From sequence record PP274704.1: a stretch of 64,000 bases of DNA; one strand, 5' to 3'. The notes below the pieces were generated by a model that saw only the letters and a list, made by a program, of their open reading frames with translations, searched no databases and was not told where the DNA came from. Positions 9,506 through 18,931 of the stretch are shown one piece after another; positions within the stretch are counted from its first letter, which is position 1; each line of letters begins with the position of its first letter. A program made the position numbers and the translations under genes. The stretch is from Escherichia phage ECp13.

Positions 9506-10063
9506 ATGTCAGAAACTAAGCCTAAATATAATTACGTAAACAATAAAGAGCTTTTACAAGCTATTATTGATTGGAAAACAGAATTAGCAAATAATAAAGA
9601 CCCAAATAAAGTAGTTCGTCAGAATGATACTATCGGATTAGCCATTATGCTTATTGCAGAAGGCTTATCTAAACGTTTCAACTTTTCAGGATACACCCAA
9701 TCCTGGAAACAAGAAATGATTGCAGATGGTATAGAAGCTTCTATTAAGGGGCTTCATAATTTTGATGAAACGAAATATAAAAACCCACATGCATATATAA
9801 CTCAAGCTTGTTTTAATGCATTCGTCCAACGTATTAAAAAAGAACGTAAGGAAGTTGCAAAGAAATACAGTTACTTCGTTCACAATGTCTATGACAGTCG
9901 TGACGACGATATGGTTGCGTTAGTGGATGAAACTTTTATTCAAGACATCTACGATAAAATGACGCATTACGAAGAATCAACCTATAGAACACCGGGGGCT
10001 GAAAAGAAAAGTGTTGTAGACGATTCTCCTAGTTTGGATTTTTTATATGAGGCTAACGATTAA
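9506..10063 (+). CDS. 55: late-transcription sigma factor gp55
   Basis: 185 aa from ATG 9506 (SD AAGAGGTGA); matches recalled T4 gp55 N-terminus [17 protein letters not shown]. Confidence 0.9.
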
Positions 10064-10265
10064 CCTCTCCGGATTCTTGGAAGAAATACCTGAAGTTGAA
10101 GCTATTCCCTATTTACTTAAAATGTATCTCAGGGAAGTTTTAGCTCTTGACATTGATATTGATCCAGAAAATCCGTATGATACCGCTTTTAAATCTAATG
10201 GTGTAGAATTAAACTATCGGTATCATTTAACAGATGATGATTTTTATTTTATATTAGAGAAATAA
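10047..10265 (+). CDS. hypothetical protein, 72 aa
   Basis: ORF overlapping 3' end of gene 55; weak SD. Confidence 0.4.
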
Positions 10266-10266
10266 T

Positions 10267-10584
10267 ATGACTGATAAACCCGAAATTAATGATGAAGTGG
10301 AAAAGCTTATTTCTTCTATTGAAGAAAAGAACCGTCTTGAAGCAGAAAGAAAAGCAAATAAGTTATTGTCTAAAAACAAACGCGAACTGAACCGTCTTTA
10401 TAAGCACGCTCAGATTGCAGCTGAAAACAATAATTTTGCTCAATACGAATATGCTATCAAGAAAAGTCGGGATATTCTAAAACAGCCATATAACGATGAA
10501 CTCATTAGTATTCTTTGGAAGACTACTAGATCGCAGATTGAGGATATGATTGATGCTTACACACGTAAAATTCAAGCGTCTTAA
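10267..10584 (+). CDS. hypothetical protein, 105 aa
   Basis: ORF with SD GAGAAA. Confidence 0.55.
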   Translation: MTDKPEINDEVEKLISSIEEKNRLEAERKANKLLSKNKRELNRLYKHAQIAAENNNFAQYEYAIKKSRDILKQPYNDELISILWKTTRSQIEDMIDAYTRKIQAS

Positions 10585-10756
10585 AATTAATGCAGGATTT
10601 ACTGAATCTTTGAATGGTCATCTTTGCGTGAAAATTTCTGAAAAAGAATACCATGATAGTTCAATTAAAGAAGTTAATCCTCCTATTGTAAGAGCAGACC
10701 CTAATATGAAAGTGTGGGTTGATTCCTATCAAGTCAAAAAATGGTGGCAACTGTGA
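10553..10756 (+). CDS. hypothetical protein, 67 aa
   Basis: ATG 10553 after GAGGA; overlaps upstream ORF end. Confidence 0.4.
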   Translation: MLTHVKFKRLKINAGFTESLNGHLCVKISEKEYHDSSIKEVNPPIVRADPNMKVWVDSYQVKKWWQL

Positions 10757-10759
10757 AAG

Positions 10760-10933
10760 ATGAACACCCAGACTTCTGAAATAGATTATAATAAAATTCG
10801 TTCCTCTAAAGTAGAAATGATGAGACGCTTTAAAGAGTCTCATGATAAAGCTAAAGCAGAAGGAACTATAACATATAAGCGTATAAAATTTAGAAGCTCT
10901 AATGAGCCTCTGTATGGTGTATTATGCGGATAG
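10760..10933 (+). CDS. hypothetical protein, 57 aa (below ORF-track cutoff)
   Basis: hand-translated ORF ending just before hairpin 10932-10947. Confidence 0.35.
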   Translation: MNTQTSEIDYNKIRSSKVEMMRRFKESHDKAKAEGTITYKRIKFRSSNEPLYGVLCG

Positions 10934-10955
10934 GAGCTTCGGCTCCTATATTGCT
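10932..10955 (+). terminator. possible terminator hairpin (AGGAGC-UUCG-GCUCCU)
   Basis: perfect stem, UUCG loop, weak T tract. Confidence 0.4.
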
Positions 10956-10999
10956 TTATAAATTTTTGGTAAAATAAACCAAAACAATGAGGATATTAA

Positions 11000-12202
11000 A
11001 TGAAAGTATGCATTTTTATGGCTCGAGGTCTTGAAGGTTGCGGCGTAACTAAATTTTCTCTCGAGCAGCGTGATTGGTTTATTAAAAATGGTCATGAAGT
11101 AACTTTGGTTTATGCTAAAGATAAATCATTTACCCGTAATTGCGCGCATGATTATAAATCATTTTCAATTCCGGTTTTATTGGCAAAAGAATACGATAAA
11201 ACACTTAAGCTGGTAAATGATTGTGATATTCTAATTATCAATTCAGTTCCTGCTACTTCAGTCGAAGAAGACACTATTAATAACTATAAAAAAATTATTG
11301 ATAACATTAAACCTTCAGTTCGTGTTGTAGTTTATCAACATGACCATTCTTCTCTTTCTTTGCGCCGAAATTTGGGATTAGAAGAAACTGTTCGTCGAGC
11401 TGATGTTATTTTTAGTCATTCTGATAATGGCGATTTTAATAAAGTTTTGATGAAAGAATGGTATCCAGAAACAGTTTCTCTGTTTGATGATATTGAAGAA
11501 GCACCGACTGTATACAACTTTCAGCCTCCTATGGATATTGCGAAGGTTCGATCAACCTACTGGAAAGATGTTTCTGAAATTAATATGAATGTCAACCGTT
11601 GGATCGGTCGTACGACTACATGGAAAGGTTTTTATCAGATGTTTGATTTTCACGAAAAACATCTTAAACCTGCGGGATTAAGTACTATTATGGAAGGTCT
11701 GGAACGTTCTCCTGCGTTCATTCCTATTAAAGAAAAAGGAATTCCATACGAATATTATCGTCTTCATCAAGTAGACCAAATTAAAATTGCTCCTAATTTG
11801 CCGACGCAAATTCTCGACCGTTATGTAAATAGCGAAATGCTTGAACGCATGAGTAAATCCGGATTTGGTTATCAGCTGAGTAAGTTGGATAAAAAATATC
11901 TACAACGTTCTTTAGAATATACTCATCTCGAGCTTGGTGCGTGTGGAACAATTCCAGTATTTTGGAAATCTACTGGCGAAAATTTAAAATTCCGTGTTGA
12001 TAATACTCCGTTAATTTCTCATGATAGCGGTATCGTTTGGTTTGATGAAAATGACATGGAATCAACATTTGAGCGTATTAAAGAACTGTCATCTGACCGA
12101 AATCTTTATGACCGTGAACGCGAAAAAGCTTATGAATTTTTGTATCAGCATCAAGATTCAAGCTTCTGCTTTAAAGAACAGTTTGACATTATTACAAAAT
12201 AA
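11000..12202 (+). CDS. a-gt: DNA alpha-glucosyltransferase
   Basis: 400 aa, matches recalled T4 AGT length and N-terminus. Confidence 0.9.
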   Translation: MKVCIFMARGLEGCGVTKFSLEQRDWFIKNGHEVTLVYAKDKSFTRNCAHDYKSFSIPVLLAKEYDKTLKLVNDCDILIINSVPATSVEEDTINNYKKIIDNIKPSVRVVVYQHDHSSLSLRRNLGLEETVRRADVIFSHSDNGDFNKVLMKEWYPETVSLFDDIEEAPTVYNFQPPMDIAKVRSTYWKDVSEINMNVNRWIGRTTTWKGFYQMFDFHEKHLKPAGLSTIMEGLERSPAFIPIKEKGIPYEYYRLHQVDQIKIAPNLPTQILDRYVNSEMLERMSKSGFGYQLSKLDKKYLQRSLEYTHLELGACGTIPVFWKSTGENLKFRVDNTPLISHDSGIVWFDENDMESTFERIKELSSDRNLYDREREKAYEFLYQHQDSSFCFKEQFDIITK

Positions 12203-12225
12203 AGGGCTTCGGCCCTTTAGCTTTA
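12202..12225 (+). terminator. hairpin/terminator after a-gt (AAGGGC-UUCG-GCCCUU)
   Basis: perfect stem, UUCG loop, short T run. Confidence 0.5.
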
Positions 12226-12241
12226 TACGGAGTTTGATATA

Positions 12242-12382
12242 ATGATATTTCTTGGATATGTGATACTTTTTCTCGCGTTTTATCTATTCACTAGAGCATG
12301 TTGGATTGGGTTCTTTAGCACTCCAGATGGATTTATTTCAATAATTTTATTTTGCATTTCAATGACGGTTCTTGATATATGA
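12242..12382 (+). CDS. small hydrophobic peptide, 46 aa
   Basis: ATG 12242 after GGAG; stop overlaps gene 47 start (ATGA); predicted TM. Confidence 0.4.
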   Translation: MIFLGYVILFLAFYLFTRACWIGFFSTPDGFISIILFCISMTVLDI

Positions 12383-13398
12383 AAATTTTAAATTTAGGTG
12401 ATTGGCATTTAGGTGTTAAAGCCGACGACGAGTGGGTTCAATCCATTCAGTTGGATGGAATTAAACAAGCAATAGAATATTCTAAGAAAAACGGAATTAC
12501 TACATGGATTCAATACGGCGATATTTTTGATGTGCGAAAAGCAATCACGCATAAAACTATGGAGTTCGCTCGTGAAATAGTTCAAATGCTTGATGATGCT
12601 GGTATTATCCTACATACTGTTGTAGGAAACCATGATATGCACTTTAAAAATACTTTAACTCCAAATGCTTCTACTGAGCTTTTGGCTAAATATCCTAATG
12701 TTAAAGTATATGATAAGCCTACTACAGTAGATTTTGACGGATGTTTGATTGATTTAATTCCTTGGATGTGTGAAGAAAATACTGGTGAAATTCTTGAACA
12801 CATCAAAACTTCATCTGCTTCTTTTTGTGTTGGTCACTGGGAGCTGAATGGATTTTATTTTTATAAAGGAATGAAATCTCACGGTCTTGAACCTGATTTC
12901 CTTAAGACTTATAAAGAAGTGTGGTCTGGTCACTTCCATACTATCTCTGAGGCTGCTAACGTCAGATATATTGGGACACCATGGACACTAACTGCGGGTG
13001 ACGAGAATGACCCTCGCGGGTTCTGGATGTTTGATACAGAAACAGAACGAATGGAATTTATTCCAAACAACACTACCTGGCATCGTCGAATTCAATATCC
13101 ATTTAAGGGAAAAATTGACTATAAAGATTTTACAAATCTATCAGTGCGTGTTATAGTAACTGAAGTAGACAAAAATCTAACGAAGTTCGAATCTGAACTA
13201 GAAAAAGTTGTGCATTCATTACGAGTTGTGTCAAAGATTGATAACTCTGTTGAGTCAGATGATAGTGAAGAAGTTGAAGTTCAATCTCTTCAGACGTTAA
13301 TGGAAGAATACATTAATGCAATTCCAGACATCACTGATTCTGATCGCGAAGCACTTATTCAATATGCAAACCAGTTATATGTAGAGGCAACACAATGA
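12379..13398 (+). CDS. 47: recombination nuclease subunit gp47 (Mre11-like)
   Basis: 339 aa; metallophosphoesterase motifs GDWHLG, GNHD, GH.H. Confidence 0.9.
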   Translation: MKILNLGDWHLGVKADDEWVQSIQLDGIKQAIEYSKKNGITTWIQYGDIFDVRKAITHKTMEFAREIVQMLDDAGIILHTVVGNHDMHFKNTLTPNASTELLAKYPNVKVYDKPTTVDFDGCLIDLIPWMCEENTGEILEHIKTSSASFCVGHWELNGFYFYKGMKSHGLEPDFLKTYKEVWSGHFHTISEAANVRYIGTPWTLTAGDENDPRGFWMFDTETERMEFIPNNTTWHRRIQYPFKGKIDYKDFTNLSVRVIVTEVDKNLTKFESELEKVVHSLRVVSKIDNSVESDDSEEVEVQSLQTLMEEYINAIPDITDSDREALIQYANQLYVEATQ

Positions 13399-13658
13399 CT
13401 TTTGATGAATTTAAAAATGTTATGATGAGTCAGCATTTTGAATGCGAAGTAAAAGATGATATTGGGCATAAAGAAATTATTGAATATTGGTTTGAACCGC
13501 TAGAGGTTGAAGATAATTGTATTAAAAAGGTTACGGTCTGCACTGACTGGGCTGTATCTTTTAACTTCAACATTTTAGATAATGACACACCTAAATCATT
13601 ACAAGATATGGCTGTATCTTGTATTAAGGATGCATATTGTGAAGTTTTCGACATTTGA
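13395..13658 (+). CDS. hypothetical protein, 87 aa
   Basis: ATGA overlap with gene 47. Confidence 0.5.
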   Translation: MTFDEFKNVMMSQHFECEVKDDIGHKEIIEYWFEPLEVEDNCIKKVTVCTDWAVSFNFNILDNDTPKSLQDMAVSCIKDAYCEVFDI

Positions 13659-13845
13659 CATTAACGATGAATTCATAGCAAATATTGATTACACCGAAGA
13701 AGATTCTAGATATGTTGGAATAATTTATATCACATCAAAAGCAGCGCAAGGTGTTGTTTGCATGGCTGAATTTGATGAATACTTTTTAGATTATGATGAT
13801 ATGATAGAATGGTCTAAAAGATACATTAAAAGGAATCTTTTGTGA
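13630..13845 (+). CDS. hypothetical protein, 71 aa
   Basis: ATG 13630 after AAGGA; overlaps previous ORF by 29 nt. Confidence 0.45.
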   Translation: MHIVKFSTFDINDEFIANIDYTEEDSRYVGIIYITSKAAQGVVCMAEFDEYFLDYDDMIEWSKRYIKRNLL

Positions 13846-15524
13846 AGAATTTTAAACTAAACCGAGTTAGGTATCAAAATATAATGTCAGTAGGTGGAAA
13901 TCCTATTGACATTCAACTAGATAAGGTTCAAAAAACTCTTATTACTGGACGAAATGGCGGTGGTAAGTCTACTATGTTAGAAGCCATCACATTTGGGCTT
14001 TTTGGCAAGCCATTCCGTGATGTAAAGAAAGGCCAATTAATAAACAGCACAAATAAGAAAGAACTTTTAGTTGAACTGTGGATGGAATATGATGAGAAAA
14101 AGTACTATATCAAAAGAGGACAAAAACCAAATGTTTTCGAAATCACCGTTAACGGTACACGTCTTAATGAATCTGCCAGCAGTAAAGATTTCCAAGCAGA
14201 ATTTGAACAGCTTATCGGAATGTCATATGCCAGTTTCAAGCAGATTGTTGTCCTTGGTACAGCAGGGTATACCCCTTTCATGGGTTTGTCGACCCCTGCA
14301 CGAAGAAAGCTTGTGGAAGACCTGCTCGAGGTAGGAACATTAGCTGAAATGGATAAGCTTAATAAAGCACTAATACGTGAATTAAATTCACAAAACCAAG
14401 TGCTTGATGTTAAAAAAGATAGTATTATCCAACAAATTAAAATATATAATGATAACGTTGAACGCCAGAAAAAATTAACTGGTGATAACCTTACTCGTCT
14501 ACAGAATATGTATGATGATTTGGCAAAAGAAGCCAGAACGTTAAAATCGGAAATAGAAGAAGCTAATGAAAGATTAGTTAATATTGTTTTGGATGAAGAC
14601 CCGACTGATGCATTTAATAAAATCGGTCAAGAAGCATTTTTAATTAAATCAAAAATTGACTCGTATAATAAAGTCATTAATATGTATCACGAAGGTGGAT
14701 TATGTCCAACCTGTTTGTCACAATTAAGTTCCGGTGATAAAGTTGTTTCTAAAATTAAAGATAAAGTTTCTGAATGCACGCATTCGTTTGAACAGCTTTC
14801 AACACATCGTGATAATTTAAAAGTTCTCGTTGATGAATACCGAGATAATATTAAAACCCAACAGACGTTGGCAAATGATATTCGCAATAAAAAGCAATCT
14901 CTAATCACGACTGTAGATAAAGCTAAAAAAGTTAAAGCAGCTATAGAAAAAGCATCATCTGAGTTTATTGACCATGCTGATGAAATAGCACTGCTTCAAG
15001 AAGAACTTGATAAAATTGTTAAGACAAAAACTAATTTAGTAATGGAAAAATACCACAGAGGAATTTTGACTGATATGCTCAAAGATTCTGGTATTAAAGG
15101 TGCTATTATTAAAAAGTACATTCCATTATTTAATAAGCAGATTAACCATTATCTTAAAATAATGGAAGCGGATTATGTGTTTACATTAGATGAAGAATTT
15201 AATGAGACAATTAAATCCCGCGGTCGTGAAGATTTTAGTTATGCTTCATTTAGTCAAGGCGAAAAAGCACGAATTGATATTGCTCTTTTATTTACTTGGC
15301 GTGATATTGCTGAAAAAGTTTCAGGTGTTAAAATAAACACATTAATTCTTGACGAAGTTTTTGATTCAGCAACTGATGTTGAAGGTGTAAAAGCTATTTC
15401 AACTATTTTAGATAGTTTAAAAAATACTAATGTTTTTGTTATTTCGCATAGAGACCATGATCCACAAGCATACGGTCAGCATCTTCAAATGAAGAAAGTT
15501 GGTCGATTTACTGTAATGGTTTAA
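13842..15524 (+). CDS. 46: recombination nuclease subunit gp46 (Rad50/SbcC-like ATPase)
   Basis: 560 aa, GTG start after AAGGA; Walker A GRNGGGKST, coiled-coil with CPTC hook, signature/Walker B near C-terminus. Confidence 0.9.
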   Translation: MKNFKLNRVRYQNIMSVGGNPIDIQLDKVQKTLITGRNGGGKSTMLEAITFGLFGKPFRDVKKGQLINSTNKKELLVELWMEYDEKKYYIKRGQKPNVFEITVNGTRLNESASSKDFQAEFEQLIGMSYASFKQIVVLGTAGYTPFMGLSTPARRKLVEDLLEVGTLAEMDKLNKALIRELNSQNQVLDVKKDSIIQQIKIYNDNVERQKKLTGDNLTRLQNMYDDLAKEARTLKSEIEEANERLVNIVLDEDPTDAFNKIGQEAFLIKSKIDSYNKVINMYHEGGLCPTCLSQLSSGDKVVSKIKDKVSECTHSFEQLSTHRDNLKVLVDEYRDNIKTQQTLANDIRNKKQSLITTVDKAKKVKAAIEKASSEFIDHADEIALLQEELDKIVKTKTNLVMEKYHRGILTDMLKDSGIKGAIIKKYIPLFNKQINHYLKIMEADYVFTLDEEFNETIKSRGREDFSYASFSQGEKARIDIALLFTWRDIAEKVSGVKINTLILDEVFDSATDVEGVKAISTILDSLKNTNVFVISHRDHDPQAYGQHLQMKKVGRFTVMV

Positions 15525-15579
15525 TTTATAAGAGATTATGCTTTAATTTATTAGAGTATAATCTCTATGGAGGAAAAAC

Positions 15580-15768
15580 ATGGAATATTCAACTGGACAG
15601 CATCTATTAACTATTCCTGAAATAAAACGATATATTCTGAGAAATAATTTTTCTAATGAAGAGCATATAGTTACTGAATCTATGCTTAAGAATGCATTTA
15701 AAGCAGAATATACGAAAATAATGTCCAACAGAAATGAAGCTTGGACTGTTACTGATTATTATGACTAA
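15580..15768 (+). CDS. hypothetical protein, 62 aa
   Basis: ATG after GGAGGAAAAAC. Confidence 0.55.
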   Translation: MEYSTGQHLLTIPEIKRYILRNNFSNEEHIVTESMLKNAFKAEYTKIMSNRNEAWTVTDYYD

Positions 15769-15777
15769 AGGTGTATT

Positions 15778-16167
15778 ATGACTAAAATTACTGTGAATTA
15801 TACTGTTGATGTAAAAGATATTCAGCCAAAACACGTGCGTTCTGAATCAAATCCACAAAACCAAAATAAAATTCGTCGAGCATGGGTTTTGTCTCTTTCT
15901 GATAACGCGATGGAAGTTATTCAGAGCAAAATTAAATCTGCACCTGCTCGTCATGCGTATTATGAAGCTATCGATCGTGAAGTAAGCAATAAATGGATTG
16001 AACTAATGCGCAAACATACGGCAGAATCTCTAAATGCTGGTGCTAAATTTATTATGACTTCATGTGGTGAACGCCTTGAAGACGATTATTGTGGTAATGC
16101 AGATGAACGTCTAATTGTTGCTGCTCAAATTGTTGCAGAAACAATTGCTGCCGATTTTAATCGTTAA
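15778..16167 (+). CDS. rpbA: RNA polymerase binding protein RpbA
   Basis: 129 aa; position between 46 and 45 and length match T4 rpbA. Confidence 0.7.
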   Translation: MTKITVNYTVDVKDIQPKHVRSESNPQNQNKIRRAWVLSLSDNAMEVIQSKIKSAPARHAYYEAIDREVSNKWIELMRKHTAESLNAGAKFIMTSCGERLEDDYCGNADERLIVAAQIVAETIAADFNR

Positions 16168-16222
16168 TTGCTTTATTAAATTAGTTATAAAATTAAATCT
16201 CATTTGAATTGAAGGAAATTAC

Positions 16223-16909
16223 ATGAAACTGTCTAAAGATACTACTGCTCTGCTTAAAAATTTCGCTACTATTAACTCTGGTATTATGCTTAAATCTGGT
16301 CAATTTATTATGACTCGCGCAGTTAATGGTACAACTTATGCGGAAGCAAATATTTCTGACACTATTGATTTTGATGTAGCGATTTACGATTTGAACGGTT
16401 TTCTCGGTATTCTGTCTCTAGTTAATGATGATGCAGAAATTTCCCAGTCAGAAGATGGTAATATTAAAATTGCTGATGCCCGTTCAACAATTTTTTGGCC
16501 AGCAGCCGATCCGAGTACAGTAGTTGCTCCTAATAAACCAATTCCATTCCCGGTAGCATCTGTTGTTACCGAAATTAAAGCTGAAGACCTTCAACAGCTG
16601 TTGCGTGTATCTCGCGGTCTGCAGATTGATACAATTGCTATCACAGTAAAAGAAGGTAAAATCGTAATTAACGGTTTTAATAAAGTAGAAGATTCTGCTT
16701 TGACTCGTGTTAAATATTCTTTGACTCTTGGTGATTATGATGGTGAAAATACATTTAATTTCATTATCAATATGGCAAATATGAAAATGCAACCAGGAAA
16801 TTATAAACTTCTGCTCTGGGCAAAAGGTAAACAGGGTGCTGCTAAATTTGAAGGTGAACACGCGAATTATGTAGTAGCTCTTGAAGCTGATTCTACCCAC
16901 GACTTTTAA
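16223..16909 (+). CDS. 45: sliding clamp gp45
   Basis: 228 aa, matches recalled T4 gp45. Confidence 0.9.
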   Translation: MKLSKDTTALLKNFATINSGIMLKSGQFIMTRAVNGTTYAEANISDTIDFDVAIYDLNGFLGILSLVNDDAEISQSEDGNIKIADARSTIFWPAADPSTVVAPNKPIPFPVASVVTEIKAEDLQQLLRVSRGLQIDTIAITVKEGKIVINGFNKVEDSALTRVKYSLTLGDYDGENTFNFIINMANMKMQPGNYKLLLWAKGKQGAAKFEGEHANYVVALEADSTHDF

Positions 16910-16911
16910 TA

Positions 16912-16930
16912 AAGGGCTTCGGCCCTTAAA
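16912..16930 (+). terminator. hairpin after gene 45 (AAGGGC-UUCG-GCCCUU)
   Basis: perfect stem, UUCG loop; weak T tract. Confidence 0.5.
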
Positions 16931-16958
16931 TTTACACTAAAACTTGAATGAGGAAATT

Positions 16959-17918
16959 ATGATTACTGTAAATGAAAAAGAACACATTCTTGAACAGAAA
17001 TATCGTCCATCTACTATCGATGAATGTATTCTTCCCGCCTTTGATAAAGAAACCTTTAAATCTATTACAAGTAAAGGTAAAATTCCACATATTATTCTTC
17101 ATTCTCCTTCTCCAGGAACAGGTAAAACAACTGTAGCAAAAGCATTGTGTCATGATGTAAATGCTGATATGATGTTTGTGAATGGATCAGATTGTAAAAT
17201 TGATTTCGTTCGTGGTCCTTTGACTAATTTTGCTAGTGCAGCTTCATTTGATGGTCGTCAAAAAGTAATCGTTATTGATGAATTTGACCGTTCAGGGTTA
17301 GCAGAGTCTCAGCGACATCTTCGTTCCTTTATGGAAGCTTATAGTTCAAACTGTAGTATTATTATTACTGCTAACAATATTGATGGTATTATTAAACCGC
17401 TTCAGTCACGCTGCCGAGTTATTACATTCGGTCAACCGACCGATGAAGATAAAATTGAAATGATGAAGCAGATGATTCGTCGATTGACTGAAATCTGCAA
17501 GCATGAAGGAATTGCTATAGCTGATATGAAAGTTGTAGCAGCTTTGGTTAAAAAGAATTTTCCTGATTTTCGTAAAACTATTGGTGAGCTCGATAGTTAT
17601 TCATCTAAAGGTGTTTTGGATGCTGGTATTTTATCACTGGTTACTAACGATCGTGGTGCTATTGATGATGTTCTTGAGTCTCTCAAAAATAAAGATGTTA
17701 AACAGCTCAGAGCTTTAGCACCAAAATATGCAGCTGATTATTCGTGGTTCGTAGGTAAACTTGCCGAAGAAATCTATACACGTGTAACTCCGCAAAGTAT
17801 TATTCGTATGTATGAAATTGTTGGTGAAAATAACCAGTATCATGGAATTGCGGCTAATACGGAATTACATTTAGCATATCTTTTCATTCAATTAGCATGC
17901 GAAATGCAGTGGAAGTGA
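16959..17918 (+). CDS. 44: clamp loader large subunit gp44 (AAA+)
   Basis: 319 aa from ATG 16959 (SD TGAGGAAATT); Walker A GTGKTT. Confidence 0.9.
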   Translation: MITVNEKEHILEQKYRPSTIDECILPAFDKETFKSITSKGKIPHIILHSPSPGTGKTTVAKALCHDVNADMMFVNGSDCKIDFVRGPLTNFASAASFDGRQKVIVIDEFDRSGLAESQRHLRSFMEAYSSNCSIIITANNIDGIIKPLQSRCRVITFGQPTDEDKIEMMKQMIRRLTEICKHEGIAIADMKVVAALVKKNFPDFRKTIGELDSYSSKGVLDAGILSLVTNDRGAIDDVLESLKNKDVKQLRALAPKYAADYSWFVGKLAEEIYTRVTPQSIIRMYEIVGENNQYHGIAANTELHLAYLFIQLACEMQWK

Positions 17919-17919
17919 T

Positions 17920-18483
17920 ATGAGCTTATTTGAAGATGATATTCAATTAAACGAGCATCAAGTTGCTTGGTATTCAAAAGATTGGACAGCTGTCCAATCT
18001 GCTGCTGATTCTTTTAAGGAAAAAGCTGAAAATGAATTTTTTGAAATAATTGGAGCTATTAATAATAAAACTAAATGCTCTATTGCTCAAAAAGATTATT
18101 CAAAATACATGGTTGAGAATGCATTATCACAATTTCCTGAATGCATGCCAGCTGTATATGCTATGAATTTAATTGGATCAGGTTTAAGCGATGAAGCCCA
18201 TTTTAATTATCTGATGGCTGCTGTTCCTCGTGGTAAAAGATATAGTAAATGGGCAAAACTGGTTGAAGATTCTACCGAAGTATTGATTATTAAGTTACTT
18301 GCTAAGCGGTATCAAGTTAATACAAATGATGCAATTAACTATAAATCAATTCTTACTAAAAATGGAAAACTACCTTTAGTATTAAAAGAACTAAAAGGTT
18401 TAGTCACGGATGATTTTTTGAAAGAAGTGACTAAGAACGTAAAAGAACAGAAACAACTCAAAAAACTAGCATTGGAATGGTAA
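17920..18483 (+). CDS. 62: clamp loader small subunit gp62
   Basis: 187 aa, start overlaps gene 44 stop. Confidence 0.85.
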   Translation: MSLFEDDIQLNEHQVAWYSKDWTAVQSAADSFKEKAENEFFEIIGAINNKTKCSIAQKDYSKYMVENALSQFPECMPAVYAMNLIGSGLSDEAHFNYLMAAVPRGKRYSKWAKLVEDSTEVLIIKLLAKRYQVNTNDAINYKSILTKNGKLPLVLKELKGLVTDDFLKEVTKNVKEQKQLKKLALEW

Positions 18484-18484
18484 A

Positions 18485-18853
18485 ATGATTGAAATTACTC
18501 TTAAAAAACCTGAAGATTTTCTGAAAGTAAAAGAAACTTTGACTCGTATGGGAATTGCTAATAATAAAGATAAAGTTCTGTATCAGTCCTGCCACATTCT
18601 TCAGAAAAAAGGACTATACTATATCGTCCATTTTAAAGAAATGCTTCGTATGGATGGTCGCCAGGTTGAAATGACAGAAGAAGATGAAGTTCGCCGTGAT
18701 TCGATTGCGTGGCTGTTAGAAGATTGGGGGCTGATTGAAATCGTTCCTGGTCAAAGAACTTTTATGAAAGATTTAACTAATAACTTCCGAGTTATTTCTT
18801 TTAAACAAAAACACGAATGGAAACTCGTTCCTAAATATACGATTGGTAATTAA
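18485..18853 (+). CDS. regA: translational repressor RegA
   Basis: 122 aa, matches recalled T4 RegA. Confidence 0.85.
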   Translation: MIEITLKKPEDFLKVKETLTRMGIANNKDKVLYQSCHILQKKGLYYIVHFKEMLRMDGRQVEMTEEDEVRRDSIAWLLEDWGLIEIVPGQRTFMKDLTNNFRVISFKQKHEWKLVPKYTIGN

Positions 18854-18855
18854 GC

Positions 18856-18878
18856 AAGGGGCTTCGGCCCCTTATTTG
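18856..18878 (+). terminator. hairpin/terminator after regA (AAGGGGC-UUCG-GCCCCUU)
   Basis: perfect GC stem with UUCG loop, TT.TTT downstream. Confidence 0.55.
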
Positions 18879-18894
18879 GAGTATAATATATCAA

Positions 18895-18913
18895 GAGCCT
18901 AATAACTCGGGCT
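18895..18913 (+). promoter_or_regulatory. gene 43 translational operator hairpin
   Basis: GAGCC-UAAUAACUC-GGGCU just upstream of SD AAGGA and ATG 18932; matches the published gp43 autoregulatory RNA operator as I recall it. Confidence 0.55.
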
Positions 18914-18931
18914 ATAAACTAAGGAATATCT

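Noticed and set aside
12021-12242. 73-codon ORF overlapping the 3' end of a-gt
   Set aside because: Largely inside the a-gt coding region in another frame, with no ribosome-binding site; the independent small ORF at 12242..12382 explains the intergenic coding signal.
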